Assembly (NCBI GenBank): GCA_964016885.1
Contig: OZ024743.1
Location: forward strand, 176,514,001-176,578,000
Length of the DNA: 64,000 nt
Reading direction: 5' to 3'
Source: Eledone cirrhosa
Lineage: Eukaryota
The notes beneath the pieces are model-generated. The model had not been told where the DNA came from. It did not search any database and was given only the letters and a program-made list of their open reading frames with translations. How positions within the stretch are numbered: the stretch's first letter is position 1; each line of letters opens with the position of its first letter. Of this stretch, positions 1-13,395 are shown piece after piece. The position numbers were made by a program, and so were the translations under genes.

Positions 1-410
1 GTTATTTCTTCCGTGAATTATAATCCCGCCGAAGTTGGTAAGAAATGTACCTGTCCAGTACTGGGGTCGCTTCTTCCTCTATCTTCCTGTATTACTTTCC
101 TCCAATCTCTCTCTCTCTCTCTACCCTCTCTCACTCTCTCTATCTCTCCCTCTCTCACTCTCTCTATCTCTCCCTCTCTCTCTCTTTCTCTCGCTGTCTC
201 CCTAACCCTTTCTCTGTCTCTATAAATATATATTAAATTGTTTCTACTTTTGGCACAAGACAAGATATGTGCTATATTGCGTGATATGTTACATGGTTAT
301 CCTTGGGACTTCATCAGATGCTCATACAATGATGGGTGTAGTTATGCGACCATGGGGATATGTGCTGTACATGTAATACCATTCAGTAATGATACCAACA
401 ACTGACATAC

Positions 411-481
<71 letters not shown>

Positions 482-484
482 ATA

Positions 485-2169
485 TATATGAAATATAAGA
501 ATCAAAGAACTGTTCAAAACATTATTGTGCTTACAGCTGTTTCCTCCAAACCGAGGTTTGGATTCTTCGGAGCAATTTATTAATGCATGGACAGTTATAT
601 GACCTCCTTTTCAGCCAAGAGACATACCGACACATATGCAAATATTGTGGGTCAACATTCATTACAGAATTTAGAGTGGCAGTACACACTTCGAGATTAC
701 ATTCATATTAAGAGGTACAATCAAAAATCAAAAATACAGGTTAAAATACAACATGAAGATAAGCGGTTATATAGTGCAAATGTTATATGTGTGGCAAGCA
801 TGTGCGTCTTGTTTATATAGTGTGGCAGAGAGATATGTGTGGTAGAGGCACTTAGGTAGGTAAACAAGAGTGTTAGGTTGGTAGATCTGGTGGCAAATTC
901 TTTATATGATTGATATAGTCTGTGTGTGGAGAAATGTTATAAGCATTAAAAATAGTGCAAGTATTAAAAGTGTTAAAAGTATTGGACATGCACAGCGAAG
1001 GGATGTCAAGTATTTCATGTACTTCGACATTTTCATGGTCAGGGGAGTGTATTTTTCGATTATATGCCACTCACATAATCCACGAGAATTCGATATTGAG
1101 CGTTTGACAATCCAGTTAGAGAATCGTAGTCTGATGTTCTTTAGTTCAATACAGGAGGCTGTTACGTTTCGAAAAACGACATTGAATACCACCCGGAAGT
1201 GTGTGTGTGGCTAAGGGGAGTTAATGCATGCGGGGAGGTAACTCCGGGGTTTCTATACCTAGCTATTAAAATGTGTCACAATATAGACCCTAATTTCTAT
1301 GGTGATGCGCATCCTCCAAAAAATGTTTAAAGCATAAAGTGTATTAACTATAGAGTAGTTTAATTAAGTTATGCTGAAGGTGTTCATAATATTATGGTGG
1401 ATTAACCCCCATCGTAAGGTGCCACAAATGGATACTATAGATGAAGGGCGAGGATTCTAAATTAATGATCTCTGTGGTTGTAGTCTACTCATAGGACCAG
1501 GCACGGTGATTGCAGGTTTGCTTCAGGACCCAATGATCTCTGGTAAGTTCTGGGTCATCGCTTGCTACATTGGATGTCGAAAGATAATCATCTCCAGGCC
1601 GGCCAGAGGTCAATCCGCAGTCCTCACGACCCCTCACTGACCACCAGATCATCCATATATGTACAACCCGTACGCCAGTTGCAATGCATTCATTCTCTGC
1701 GCTCAGCATCCTGGTCCTACTGCTCAACAGCGTTACTAGATTAAATCGTTTTTCATCTAAGGAAGGTGCTTCCTCCGCACAACACTATCAAACCGATCAA
1801 TTCATGCTTAAATTACCTATAGAGCGGTGTAGTGCAGTTCAAGTGGGTGGATGTTGTCTCACCTGACGTAGAGGTATAAATGGGTATACTCCCTGCGAAG
1901 GGTTCCAGAGGGATGTCGTTGTTTGTGTTATATTAGATCAGTTAGTGTTGGGTATGTAGTATCAGGTGTGCCTCTGGTGTTTGATGCTAGATGTGGTGTT
2001 TGGTTCCAGTCCGACATTGCTATATATTGGGCTTAAAGTTTTGGAAGGAGGTCATATAACTGTCCATGCATTAATAAATTGCTCCGAAGAATCCAAACCT
2101 CGGTTTGGAGGAAACAGCTATAAGCACAATAATGTTTTGAACAGTTCTTTGATTCTTGTATTTCATATA
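485..2169 (-). mobile_element. Decayed Penelope-like element bounded by 125-bp inverted pseudo-LTRs
   Basis: 485-609 is the reverse complement of 2045-2169 with about 2 mismatches; each arm has a hammerhead-like motif; left end abuts a (TA)n tract. The interior shows only faint minus-strand resemblance to a GIY-YIG region (KNIRLRFSNW...EWHIIEKYTP). Confidence 0.5.
528..574 (-). ncRNA. Type I hammerhead motif, U4C core variant (mutated inverted copy at 2080-2126 +)
   Basis: Minus strand: TGCT-CCGAAGA-A-TCCAAACC tc GGTTTGGA-G-GAAAC AGCT GTA|AGCA; stem I TGCT/AGCA, palindromic stem III ACAGCTGT. Confidence 0.55.
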
Positions 2170-2331
2170 ACTGCTCTGTAAAACATCTGATGTTTTTACA
2201 TTGAGCTACTTAACTTACTGGTAATAAGGTAGTAATACATTACTGCCTACCACTATTTAGGGTGTGTATATAAAAAATACTTATAACTGCATAAGGTTTT
2301 GTATTTACATAACCATAAATAGTATAACTAA

Positions 2332-2435
<104 letters not shown>

Positions 2436-2469
2436 ATATATATATGTATATATATATATATATAATATA

Positions 2470-2574
<105 letters not shown>

Positions 2575-2750
2575 GTATATATGTATATATATATATATAT
2601 ATGTGTGTGTGTGAGTGTGAGTGTGTGTGTGTATATATATAGTTTAATAAATGAACAGAGAACAAAAAACACAGGCAGTACAAATGATATTTGTATTAGT
2701 ATATGTATTTTAATAAATATATATATAGTTATTTTAAAATATATATATAT

Positions 2751-3093
2751 ATAAATATACGATATTAACAAATGGAAACTATATTTATAAAACCATATTT
2801 ATTTCATTATACATATTTCAAGGATACCATGTTAAATTATGGTATGCCTTCATCAAACAAAAAAAAATATATACCAGTTTTATAAATAAACATTGACGTA
2901 CCCTTTCAATATGCAACCGTTACTTTTGGAAGACATCAGGAGGGTACGTCAATGTTTATTTATAAAACTGATATATATTGTATTTTGTCTGATGAAGGCA
3001 TACCATAATTTAACATGGTATCCTTGAAATATGTATAATGAAATAAATATGGTTTTATAAATATAGTTTCCATTTGTTAATATCGTATATTTA
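2751..3093. repeat. About 150-bp inverted repeat (fold-back of a PLE-type terminus) with a minimal hammerhead at 2989-3035 (+)
   Basis: 2751-2904 is approximately the reverse complement of 2941-3093; right arm reads CTGATGA-AGGcATACCAT...ATGGTATCCTT-GAAATATGTA. Confidence 0.65.
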
Positions 3094-3172
3094 CTCCAAA
3101 TACTTGTCGAGTGCTTTATATCAGTTATAAAAATATTTGCTTGTTGTATCCCAACAATTTAAATAGAACTTT

Positions 3173-3260
<88 letters not shown>

Positions 3261-3264
<4 letters not shown>

Positions 3265-3965
3265 AATAAAATTATCGAGAATCGATACTTCGGCCTACGA
3301 AATAACGAAAAACCATCTCCGAAATGTGCGGCAAAGTGCTCAATGGTTCGGATGAACCAGAGCTATAAGTAACGTTTAATACCAAACACACTGAGACGAT
3401 GTTTAAACAATCATTCGCACAGCCAAAAAATACGATCAAGTAATTGGGGTCAAACAAATAAAAATATACATGATTGAAAAATTTACCCGGACCCCCTGGA
3501 AAGATGGTAAAATACAGCATTTGGGTTTCTGCGACTCCGAAATCAGGTACCGTCCGCCTACATAAAAAATGTCCGGCTTCTGGTAAGATGATGAACAAGT
3601 TATTCGCTTTTTCAACAGGCTTTTAGTTCAGTAATACAGGGGAAGACTTTTACTGAATCCACGTGGGAAACAGCAAGGGAGGCAACCCCTATATTAGGCG
3701 AATGAATTCAGTTTTGTATATTATTGTAAGAATGCAAAATATCACAAATCGAATTAGAGTTCTCAACAGACGGGTTAAAGTTAACATAAGCTATTCATCA
3801 GTCAATAGAATCAACTAAAAAATCAATAAAATTAACTGATCAATAGCTAGAGTCTGGAGATAAATACAAATAAAATTATCGAGAATCGAAACTTCGACCC
3901 ACGAAATAACGAAAAACAATCTCCGAAATGTGCGGCAAAGTGCTCAATGGTTCAGATGAAGCAGA
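3261..3965 (-). mobile_element. Non-coding (TA)n-flanked element with about 100-bp terminal direct repeats (period about 604) and an internal hammerhead candidate
   Basis: TACAAATAAAATTATCGAGAATCGA...CAATGGTTC at 3261 and 3865; minus-strand 3485-3620 folds as GCCTG-TTGAAAA-aGCGA...TCGCa-GAAACCC...GGGTC|CGGGT. Confidence 0.55.
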
Positions 3966-4011
3966 TTAAAATATATATATATATGCATGCGTACATGTAT
4001 ATATATCTCTC

Positions 4012-4066
4012 TGAGATTCCTGATGATTTCTAATGAATGAAACAGTTCTAGTCCTGTAGAATCTCA
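4012..4066 (+). ncRNA. Compact type I hammerhead ribozyme motif
   Basis: TGAGATTC-CTGATGA-tTTC taat GAAt-GAAACAG ttctagtc CTGTA|GAATCTCA: 8-bp stem I, canonical core, 4-bp stem III, GUA triplet; U.U at 10.1-11.1. Confidence 0.8.
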
Positions 4067-4078
4067 TCTATATTAAAA

Positions 4079-4162
<84 letters not shown>

Positions 4163-4437
4163 AAATTAGCTGTATTCGAATATATAATGGGTTGCACCTC
4201 GCTCGCTATGATTAAAATGTTCAGGACGCAACGTGTGTCAGTATGACACATCGACACTCCATCGGGAGTTAACACCTCTTGCATTCTTTTTCCTTTTAAC
4301 TCGTTAACAAAGTAATATTATTGTAGTAGAGACGTATATGACGAAAGTAGAGACGGCATGAGATATTGTCTGGAATACAGCTGAATGTTATCGACTTCCA
4401 ACTAAGTTAGAATAGTTAAATTGACTTTCATTGTAAT

Positions 4438-4482
<45 letters not shown>

Positions 4483-4538
4483 TATGGCTGAGTGAAGACA
4501 CTGGTGGGGGGGGGGGGGGGGAGAAGAAGAAGAAGAAG

Positions 4539-4570
<32 letters not shown>

Positions 4571-4919
4571 GAAGAAGAAGAAGAAGATGATGATGATGAA
4601 GGCGAAGAAAACAAAGAAGAAGAAAATAAAGTAGAAGAAAAAGGATGAGGATGAGAAGGGGGTGGAAGAGAGAGGAGAATGGAATAAAGTAAAGAGAAAG
4701 GAAAGGAAAAATGTAAGGAAAAGATCAAGCATCGTTAAAGCAACAACAACAGTAACAACAATAACAAGGAATATTAGAAGCGATAAATCAACACCAACAG
4801 CAATTACGGGGGGTAAGAGATTTACATGAAAAAACAAGGACAGGTTTTTATACGATTATTTCTAGTCTTTACATATATATATATATATATATAAATGTAT
4901 ATATACATACATATATATG

Positions 4920-5015
<96 letters not shown>

Positions 5016-5382
5016 TATATACACATATAAATGCATGTATATGCATATATACATATATGCATATATATGTATATATATATATATACACATATAAATGCAT
5101 GTATATATGCATATATACATATATGCATATATATGTATATATATATATATATATGTATGACTCTCTAGGTATCTATATTTATGTGAGTGTATGTATATAT
5201 ACACACATATAAATGCATGTATATATGCATATGTACATATATGCATATAAATGTATATATATATATATGTATGACTCTCCAGGTATTTATATTTATATGA
5301 GTGTATGTATATATATATATAAGTATATATATATATATTTTTTTTTTTGACGCTATAGTCACTTCCAATAATCTCTATACTT

Positions 5383-5434
<52 letters not shown>

Positions 5435-5528
5435 TATATACTTATATATATATATATACACTCACATAAATATAAATACTAAATACCTACAGAGAGTTAG
5501 ACAGAGAGATAGATAGATAGAGAGAGAG

Positions 5529-5614
<86 letters not shown>

Positions 5615-5932
5615 CCTCTTATGATTTTCTCGTGGTGAATGTTCCTGTTTTCTTTTTGTTTCTTTTCTATTTGAAAGGCAACACAATGATTAGGTCTGAA
5701 AGAAGAAAAGTAGCTGAACATGTATGATGTATTATATATTGGTTGAATACGACTGATTTATGAAAGGTCTTCAGACTATTTTTACTTGCCTGGAGATAGG
5801 TTAAGAAGACAACGAGAAAGGAAACCCAAGAAAAAAAAGAGAAAGGAACAAAACGTGTCAAAAAATAACCAGTCTTACATTTTCTAGGATTAGCACGAAC
5901 AATTTACTAATGGCCATGACCACAGAGTATTC

Positions 5933-5998
<66 letters not shown>

Positions 5999-6044
5999 TT
6001 CTATATGTATATGTATTTCTAGATACATATATATTTCTATATAC

Positions 6045-6151
<107 letters not shown>

Positions 6152-7211
6152 TATATATATATACATATATATTTATATGCATATATATGTATATATATAT
6201 ATGTATCTGTCTCTCTGTATGTATATATATATGTGCGTATATATATATATATTTGAAACGAGATTCTTACATAAACTCTCCGTACCTGCATATTACCAGG
6301 CAAGACAATTAACAAGAGAACGCAATCTGTAAAACAACAGCCACCACCACCACCACCACCACAACAACAGCAACAACCACCACTACAACTACAACCACCA
6401 CCACATCAACCACAATAATAACCACAACAAAACTCTTTCTGCCCACATGCTAATGCATATATATTTCTCGCCCCCTTATATATATTCTTATAACGACAGA
6501 TGACAAGTATAAAACACAACAAAAGAACCAATACATGGAAGTCCATGCAAGCACATACGTATTTTTACTTTTGATGTTATATTTTAAATGGAATATTGAT
6601 TAATCCTTCCACATAAGATGTTCGTGCGTTTCTATCTTTTTATATATATTTTGGAAAGGGAAATAATAAAAAGCCTAGCCTGGTGTATTTAGGTCTATAT
6701 TCTATTCACTCGATTCTCGTACTTATTTTCTAATTCTAATACTCTTCTTATCGACGCATTGCTTGAAATTAATGTATAGATAGACGACAACGCCAGGATT
6801 TGAAAAACAACATTCGTGGTTGGTCATAAATATCATATCACATCATTTCATTCATATATATATATATAAATATATGTATGTATGTATATATATATATCTC
6901 ACAGGGCATATCGAATACTTCTTTATTTAATGTTTTCTTTTATGCTACCTTTTATTTATTTTATGGTGTGGAGCCGACTGTAAATATCTATTTTTGCCTC
7001 TAGAATAATAGCTGGCAGTTTAAGAAGAATATGAGGAGGAAGAAGATGGCTTGGAGAGAAGGAAGAGGAATGTGTAAAGTAGGGGAGGTCAGAGGAGAAG
7101 GGGTGGGGAAAGAAGTATATGAACACCAAATTTAACTTGTGAAGAAATGAAGCTGAAAGCTGAAAGAATAGATCGATGATGGAGAAGGAAAAGTAGAGAA
7201 AAAGAGTATAA

Positions 7212-7665
7212 TAATGATTTCTAATCTAGGCAGAAGAGCAGTAATTTGGGAGGAGGGGAATGTTGATTAAATCGAACCCAGTACGTTACTGATTCTTTAT
7301 TTTATCAACCCCTTAAGGATGAAAGGCAAAGTTAACCTCGGCGGGATTTGAACTCAAACCGCAAAAGGCCGTAACTCTATGCTACAAAACATAGTGTCCG
7401 ACTCTCTACCCATACTGCCAATCCACCGCTCTGAAAATGAGTATGAATAATTATTTCTAATCTAGGCAGAAGGGTAACAATCTATTGGAGGGGACAGATG
7501 ATTATATCGGCCCTAGTTCTTAACTAGTACTTTATTTTATTGACCCAGAGAGGATAAAATGCAAAGTGGACTCGCCAGGATTTAAACTCAGAAAATAAAG
7601 AGCTGAAACTAGATGCTCTAAAACTTTTTGTGTAATTCGCAAACGATTCTACCAATCCACTGCCC
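7212..7665 (-). mobile_element. Two tandem degenerate tRNA-derived SINE copies
   Basis: Reverse complement of the SINE at 53882 (GGATTTGAACTC B-box complement, AAGGATGAAAGGCAAAGTTAACCTCGGCGG core). Confidence 0.7.
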
Positions 7666-8419
7666 TTTAATAATGATAAAATTAATTGTGTCTACCATAA
7701 GCACAAGGCCAACAATTTGAAGGAGCATTACTGGTGCTCACATTTTTCAAGAAGAACTAGTGTCAATGGTCTTCTAGCCGTAGTTATCCCGTCTTTTTTC
7801 CCCAACAGTTTATTTAGGACTATTGTTATATTTAGTGAGGATCATCTCCTAATATTGCCAGAAAAAAAGATCCTCCGCAAAAAACAGTAAAATACACTCA
7901 CTGTTTCGTTTGGTTTTTGCCTCAGTAAATTTATATAAATAATTTAGCTGGTAATCAATATTTATCATTGCTAGGCCATTTAGGACTACAATATCTAAAA
8001 TGTTTTCCTTCATACTTTATTTGCTGTAGGGTGGGATTTGAAGGAGATTTAGCTATTTCTTGTTGGACGAGTCATCAGGTATCTGCTTCCTCGTAGAATT
8101 ATGAATATATTAAGTTGATATAGTATTACGGGCTTTCTTTTTACAGTATCAGACGGCGTTCGTCTTCGTTGAATCATTTCACAAAACATGATTTTATATC
8201 GGTGAGTTATTTATATTTAATAAATCTGCCCAATCTGCTGGCAATACTTTCTGTAAAGAGAGACTAATACATATCCAATATAAAACATAATGCTGCTAGC
8301 ATATTGATCATCGAATATTGTTAATATTATTAGGTTTACAAAAGTTCCCACATTTCCAATTATTAATGTTCTTATTCTCTAAGCCATTTATTTCCTATGT
8401 TATTATTTTTATTACGCGT

Positions 8420-8975
8420 GTAGGACGGATCCAGCTATCAGCTGAGTCCATCGTGAGGATTGCCCCGCCCTCTCCCTTCAGCCGGGAAAAGCAGGCAGTT
8501 TTTATCTGTCTGGTGGCCATGGCGAAAGAGATAGTATGGTGGACACGTTTGAAAGGGCTGAAGACGAGCACTTACCTCTTCGGTGATGCCCTGATTAACT
8601 TTTTCAAATTCCATTCGAAAAGGAAAATCAGGATAGAAAAGGAAGTGCTCTCTTCCCAGCATTTTGTTGAAAGATGGGTGAGAGAGGCAAGAATGGCTCG
8701 AGTGAATGGGCCTACTCTGAGTATGTGTCTGTAAATTAAAGGTGGAAAACTGGGAGAGGGCACTTGCCCTGGTGGTCAGGGTCACTGTGGCTTTTTAATA
8801 GGCTTTCTCCACGAATGTCCCTCGGAAGTCTCCCCCCTATTGGGGAATTTTTTCATCGTTCTATTATTACATCCTCTGTTTTTTTTGTTTTTTTTTACAC
8901 GCAGAAATGCCCTTTTGTACCGTCCTGTATTGTCCTGTACTGTCCTTAATGTCTACTTTATGGTTAATAAAGAAA
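8420..8975 (+). mobile_element. 3' fragment of a LINE, possibly Tx1/L1 clade
   Basis: Peptide VAMAKEIVWWTR...FFKF...FVERW resembles Tx1-type ORF2 C-termini, followed by a pyrimidine-rich UTR and AATAAAG; no RT motif present. Confidence 0.4.
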
Positions 8976-9004
8976 GCATTATTATTATTATTATTATCAT
9001 TATT

Positions 9005-12000
9005 GTTCTTTGAGTCTCAGTCATTGATGTTAGGTAACTGGAAAGTTTATTGAAATGAATATCAAGCCACTACCTGCAACCTCAGATATTCAGGACGTAT
9101 CGGAGGGTTCTTGCTGTTCCCAAAAAGCATGCTTTTGAAGTGTTCCAAAAAGCGAGGCGGGGCCAATTTTCTTTAACCATCCCCGGAATCCTTTTGAGAT
9201 AGTACCTAGTGCGCCTATGACAATCGGGACCACTTTGACTTCATGGCAGTTCCAAATCCTTTTTAACTCCCACTTTAAGTCCTGGTATCGGTTAATTTTC
9301 TCCCTCTCCTTCTCTTGCACTCTCGTGTCGAATGGGCAGGTCACATCCACAATCAGGCACGATATTTTTTCCTTGTCCAAAACCACCAGGTCAGGTCTAT
9401 TGTGTTCCAGTTTCTTGTCCGTCTGTATCCTAAAATCCCACAGCACCTTCACCTGATCGTTTTCTATCACCGACTCTGGCTTATGCTCATACCACTTCTC
9501 AGAATGTGGTAAATTGTTTACTTTGCATAGGTGCCAGTGGATCACCCTGCCCATCACATCATGTCTCCAGCCTTTATAATGAGTCTGGGCTAGGTGTTTA
9601 CACTCGGATACAATGTGAGCCACAGTCTCCTCTTTCTCTCTCCACAGATCCTGCACAGTGGGCTAGCTTCCTCCTTGTAAATATGGTGTTTCAACCACTT
9701 CGTTTTGAGGGCCTGATCTTGCGCAGCCATTAGCATTCCTTCTGTAGCCTTTTTAAGGTCTCATCTTTTCAACCAGTTCCATGTCTGTGGATCTCTGAAT
9801 TCAGTTTTCTCAAAGAAGGTACTATGAAGGGATTTTTCATGAAGGCTGCTCTTTCTCCTTGTTGTTATTTCCTCCTTGGACATCCCTGGTCTATTGTCCC
9901 CTCCTTCAGTACAATTCTGAGCATTGGCTCCTTACTATCAGTCACGTATTTGTGTAGGTTGTTTTTCTCCATCTGAACACAGTCCTCTATGCTGATAAGA
10001 CCTCTTCCACCTTCAGATCTCCTTAAGTAGAGTCTATCAACATCACTCCTCTTGTGGAACATGTTGTAGATAGTCAATAGCTTCCTAGTCTTCCTATCCA
10101 TTTTTTTTTTGTTCAGAAACATTCCATCTCAGAATTCCCGCACTGTACCTAACAATAGACACAGCTCGGGAATTTACTGCACTTATGACATTCCTACTGT
10201 TCAGATGTGACTTTAATACACTCCTTACTCTCCGAATGTATTCAGATCTTATCAATTCCTTCATTTTTTTGTTCTTGATGTCATCAGCCCCCAGAACACC
10301 CAAATACTTATATCCTTCTTCAGTGTCAATTTCCTTTATCATCTCATCTGGATTCCGCTGCTTCTGCTCAATTTACCCCTCTTCATCACAAGGACTCCAC
10401 ACTTACTAATACCAAATTGCATACATATATCATTGCTGAAAATACGGACAGTGTCAACAAGCACATCCAACTCCTTCTCACTCTTCCCGAAGAGCTTAAG
10501 ATCGTCCATGAAGAGGAGGTGATTGATGGTAAGCTCTCCCTTTCCCAACTTGTATCCTGCTCTCACCTTTCGCAGTATAATGGTCAGGGTCATCAGGGCA
10601 AGGACAAACAACAGAGGGGACAGACTATCTCCCTGGAAGATACTTCTCTTGATCTTCACGCCTCCCAAGGATTCTCCAGCTGATGTTAACTCTGTTTTCC
10701 AGGACTTCATACTTTTGCTCAACAACTGTCTGATGTTATCTGCCACCCTGAAGATCTCTAGGCTTTTGGTTATCCAAGAATGAGGTACCATGTCGAATGC
10801 CTTTTTGTAGTCTATCCATCCCATGGCAAGATCAGTGTGTCTCCTCTTGCAATTCCTCATTACCATCTTATCAATAAGTAACTGGTCCTTTGTACCACGT
10901 TACTTCTTTCGGCAGCCTTTCTGTTCGTCCGGTAACACGTTGTTTGTGTGGAGGTGATGGTTGATTTCCTCAGACACAATGTTTGTCAACAGTTTCCACA
11001 TTACGGACAGACATGTGATAGGTCTATAGTTGGTAACATCATTACCCTTGATTCGGTATTTCATTACCAGAACTGTGGTACCTTTTGTCAACCACTCTGC
11101 TACCTCACCCGACATCAAGCAGTCATTGAACATGTTTGTCAGTTTCGGGTGGAGGGATGTTATATTTTTAATCCAATACCCCATCTGGGCCTGGTGATTT
11201 CCAGTTGGTTAGTTTTTTGGCCTGCCCCTTAAGAGTTTCAACTGTGATACTTAAATCAGTTTGTTGGTGTGCCTGTTCACTGATCTCCTTTTGTACTGTC
11301 TCAATCCACACTGCCTGATCATTATGTTCAACATCCTGCTCCCATATTCCTCTCCAGAATGTCCTAGTTTGTTCCGCCTCATGGATCAAGTCGTTGCTTC
11401 TTTCTTTCCCTTCAAGCTGTCCAAACAACATATTCTGGTTGTTGTCAAACATGCGGTTCTGTCTATCCAGACTGACTCTGCTCTCGTATCGCCTAATTTT
11501 TGCACTCTTTGCTACAATGCGTTGCTTCAGTTCCTCTATGATAATATTTAGCTTTTTCCTCTTAGTTTTGTACTTTATTTCCAGTCTATTTTTAGTGTCT
11601 ATGTTTTTTAGTGTCCCATTCAATAGGGACTCAATCTTACCAATGTCATTTCTCATTTCCTTGATTTGACCATTCAGTCGTTTCTTCCAACAAGGTTCTG
11701 ATCTTTCTTGTTTGTTGTTTCCTCTCGCTTTTATACCAAGTAGTTTCCTCACCGCATTTACTGTTGCTTTGAGGATATTGTTGCACTGGTGAAGGCTACT
11801 CGCCTCAAGGTATGATATGACTTTGTTTACCTTAGCTGTTGTTTCTTTTAACTTTTTCCTGTCTACAAATCTTAGGTTCATAGGTTTCCCACTATCATTG
11901 TTCAATCCATCTACCAGTAAGTTTAGGATATCAACCAAATCTTGTCCTAGTCCGTCAGCATTCATCTCCTCAATGGCCGTATCTTTTTTCCAGGTATTAT

Positions 12001-12597
12001 TTATTTCAGCATTCAGATCATTGTCTGCTTCGGAGGGTTCCTCCGTTCTCTCAACCTCTTCACCTTCATTTCCCACTGGCTCGTTTGCCTGACATACTCC
12101 ACTCATCATTTCCAACCTAATCTCTCTGCTCAGTTCCTCCAGTTCCAGCTCGCTTATCCACCCATTAGTTCTTATTACATGAGCCTGCCCGGCTAATTTT
12201 TGTTCATCTAATTTAAATAGTCCAATCTCGTTCCAGATATTATGCATCCGTTTCCTATAGCCTTTCTCCTTGGGGTTACTCTTCAGGTAACATTGCATAA
12301 CAGTTCTATTAAATTCTTTCGTCCTGTTGGTTCTGGTCCCTTTCCTTCTTCTTCTTCTCCCTCCGACGCCAGCAGTATTTGGTTGACAGCCAGGTCCCTG
12401 CTGCTGAGCCAGGGAACACCTGCTGGGTGAGAGTCTGTCACATGACATTCCAGTCTCCACTTCATCGTTATTCGAACTGTTTAGGTTCGCCATTTAAACA
12501 CTCTTATCGAAGATTGGTGAATGTATGGTTACTTAACCACCAGTGATTTCATCACCCCCGGTGATTTTAGTGTGGCACTATCATGCTGTAGACGAAC
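9005..12597 (-). mobile_element. Near full-length, frameshifted R4/Dong-clade RLE non-LTR retrotransposon
   Basis: Successive minus ORFs: N-terminal [94 protein letters not shown] (PD-D/ExK); 3' end abuts (TTA)n at about 8977-9004. 5' boundary approximate. Confidence 0.9.
9090..12493 (-). pseudogene. Disrupted RT / zinc-knuckle / restriction-like endonuclease ORF
   Basis: One polyprotein split into at least 6 ORF pieces (11168-12493, 10900-11184, 10339-10866, 10094-10342, 9865-10122, 9090-9656). Confidence 0.9.
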
Positions 12598-13327
12598 ATA
12601 AACAAACAAACAAACAAATAGGTAAAAAACAAAACAAAAAAGAATAAGCATAAGTTTCATTGTAATGTAATGTTTGAATGTCTGACTTAGTTTCTTTTTT
12701 TTTCCTTCTCTGTCTGTTTGTTTTTCTTTTCTTTTTTTCTTTTCTTTACGTTTTTCGTTGCTGCTGTGCTGTTTTGATTTTGATTTTTGTTTTTTTGATT
12801 TTATGACCGGGTCATCAAATCAGTCTATTTATATATTTTGATGCCTTCCTCTTTTAGTGGGGACACTACGATGCATGTGTTAGCAGGAGGTAGTGGGGGA
12901 GAATAGCGGCGGTAGCGATAATGAGGCAGTGGTGGTGGTGATGTGATCGTAGTACTGTAGTGATGGTGTTGAAGTTGAAGTAGAAATAGAAGTTGAGGTA
13001 ACTTGACTAGAGTTTTTGGCGTTGTAGTGGTGATGGTGGCGGTGTCGGTGTTGGCGGTGAAATTATTTGCCTGTCTGTCCAATTAGCCATTTTGCCATTT
13101 TTCTCTTTTTCGACTATAACATTTCTGATCCAAAATTAAATATTAAATATTGGGGCCCTGTGCCGTAATATGATGCGTTGCGGCTTGCTGAGCGTAAACA
13201 ACTGTAATCTTATACTTCATTTGTAATAAGAATTATTCTATCACAGTTGTTTTAAATAAGTAAAAATCAAAATCTTACGGGAGCGATTCCATAACGATAT
13301 ATCCACCGTGTGCGTTTTCTTCTTCTT

Positions 13328-13394
<67 letters not shown>

Positions 13395-13395
<1 letters not shown>

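Noticed and set aside
285-323. Minus-strand CTGATGA-AGTCC-CAA-GGAT hammerhead-like remnant
   Set aside because: GAAA is absent; too decayed to call.
12494-12600. HDV-like ribozyme at the 5' end of the Dong/R4 element
   Set aside because: Only small hairpins (ATCACC/GGTGAT) are visible; no nested double pseudoknot could be built.
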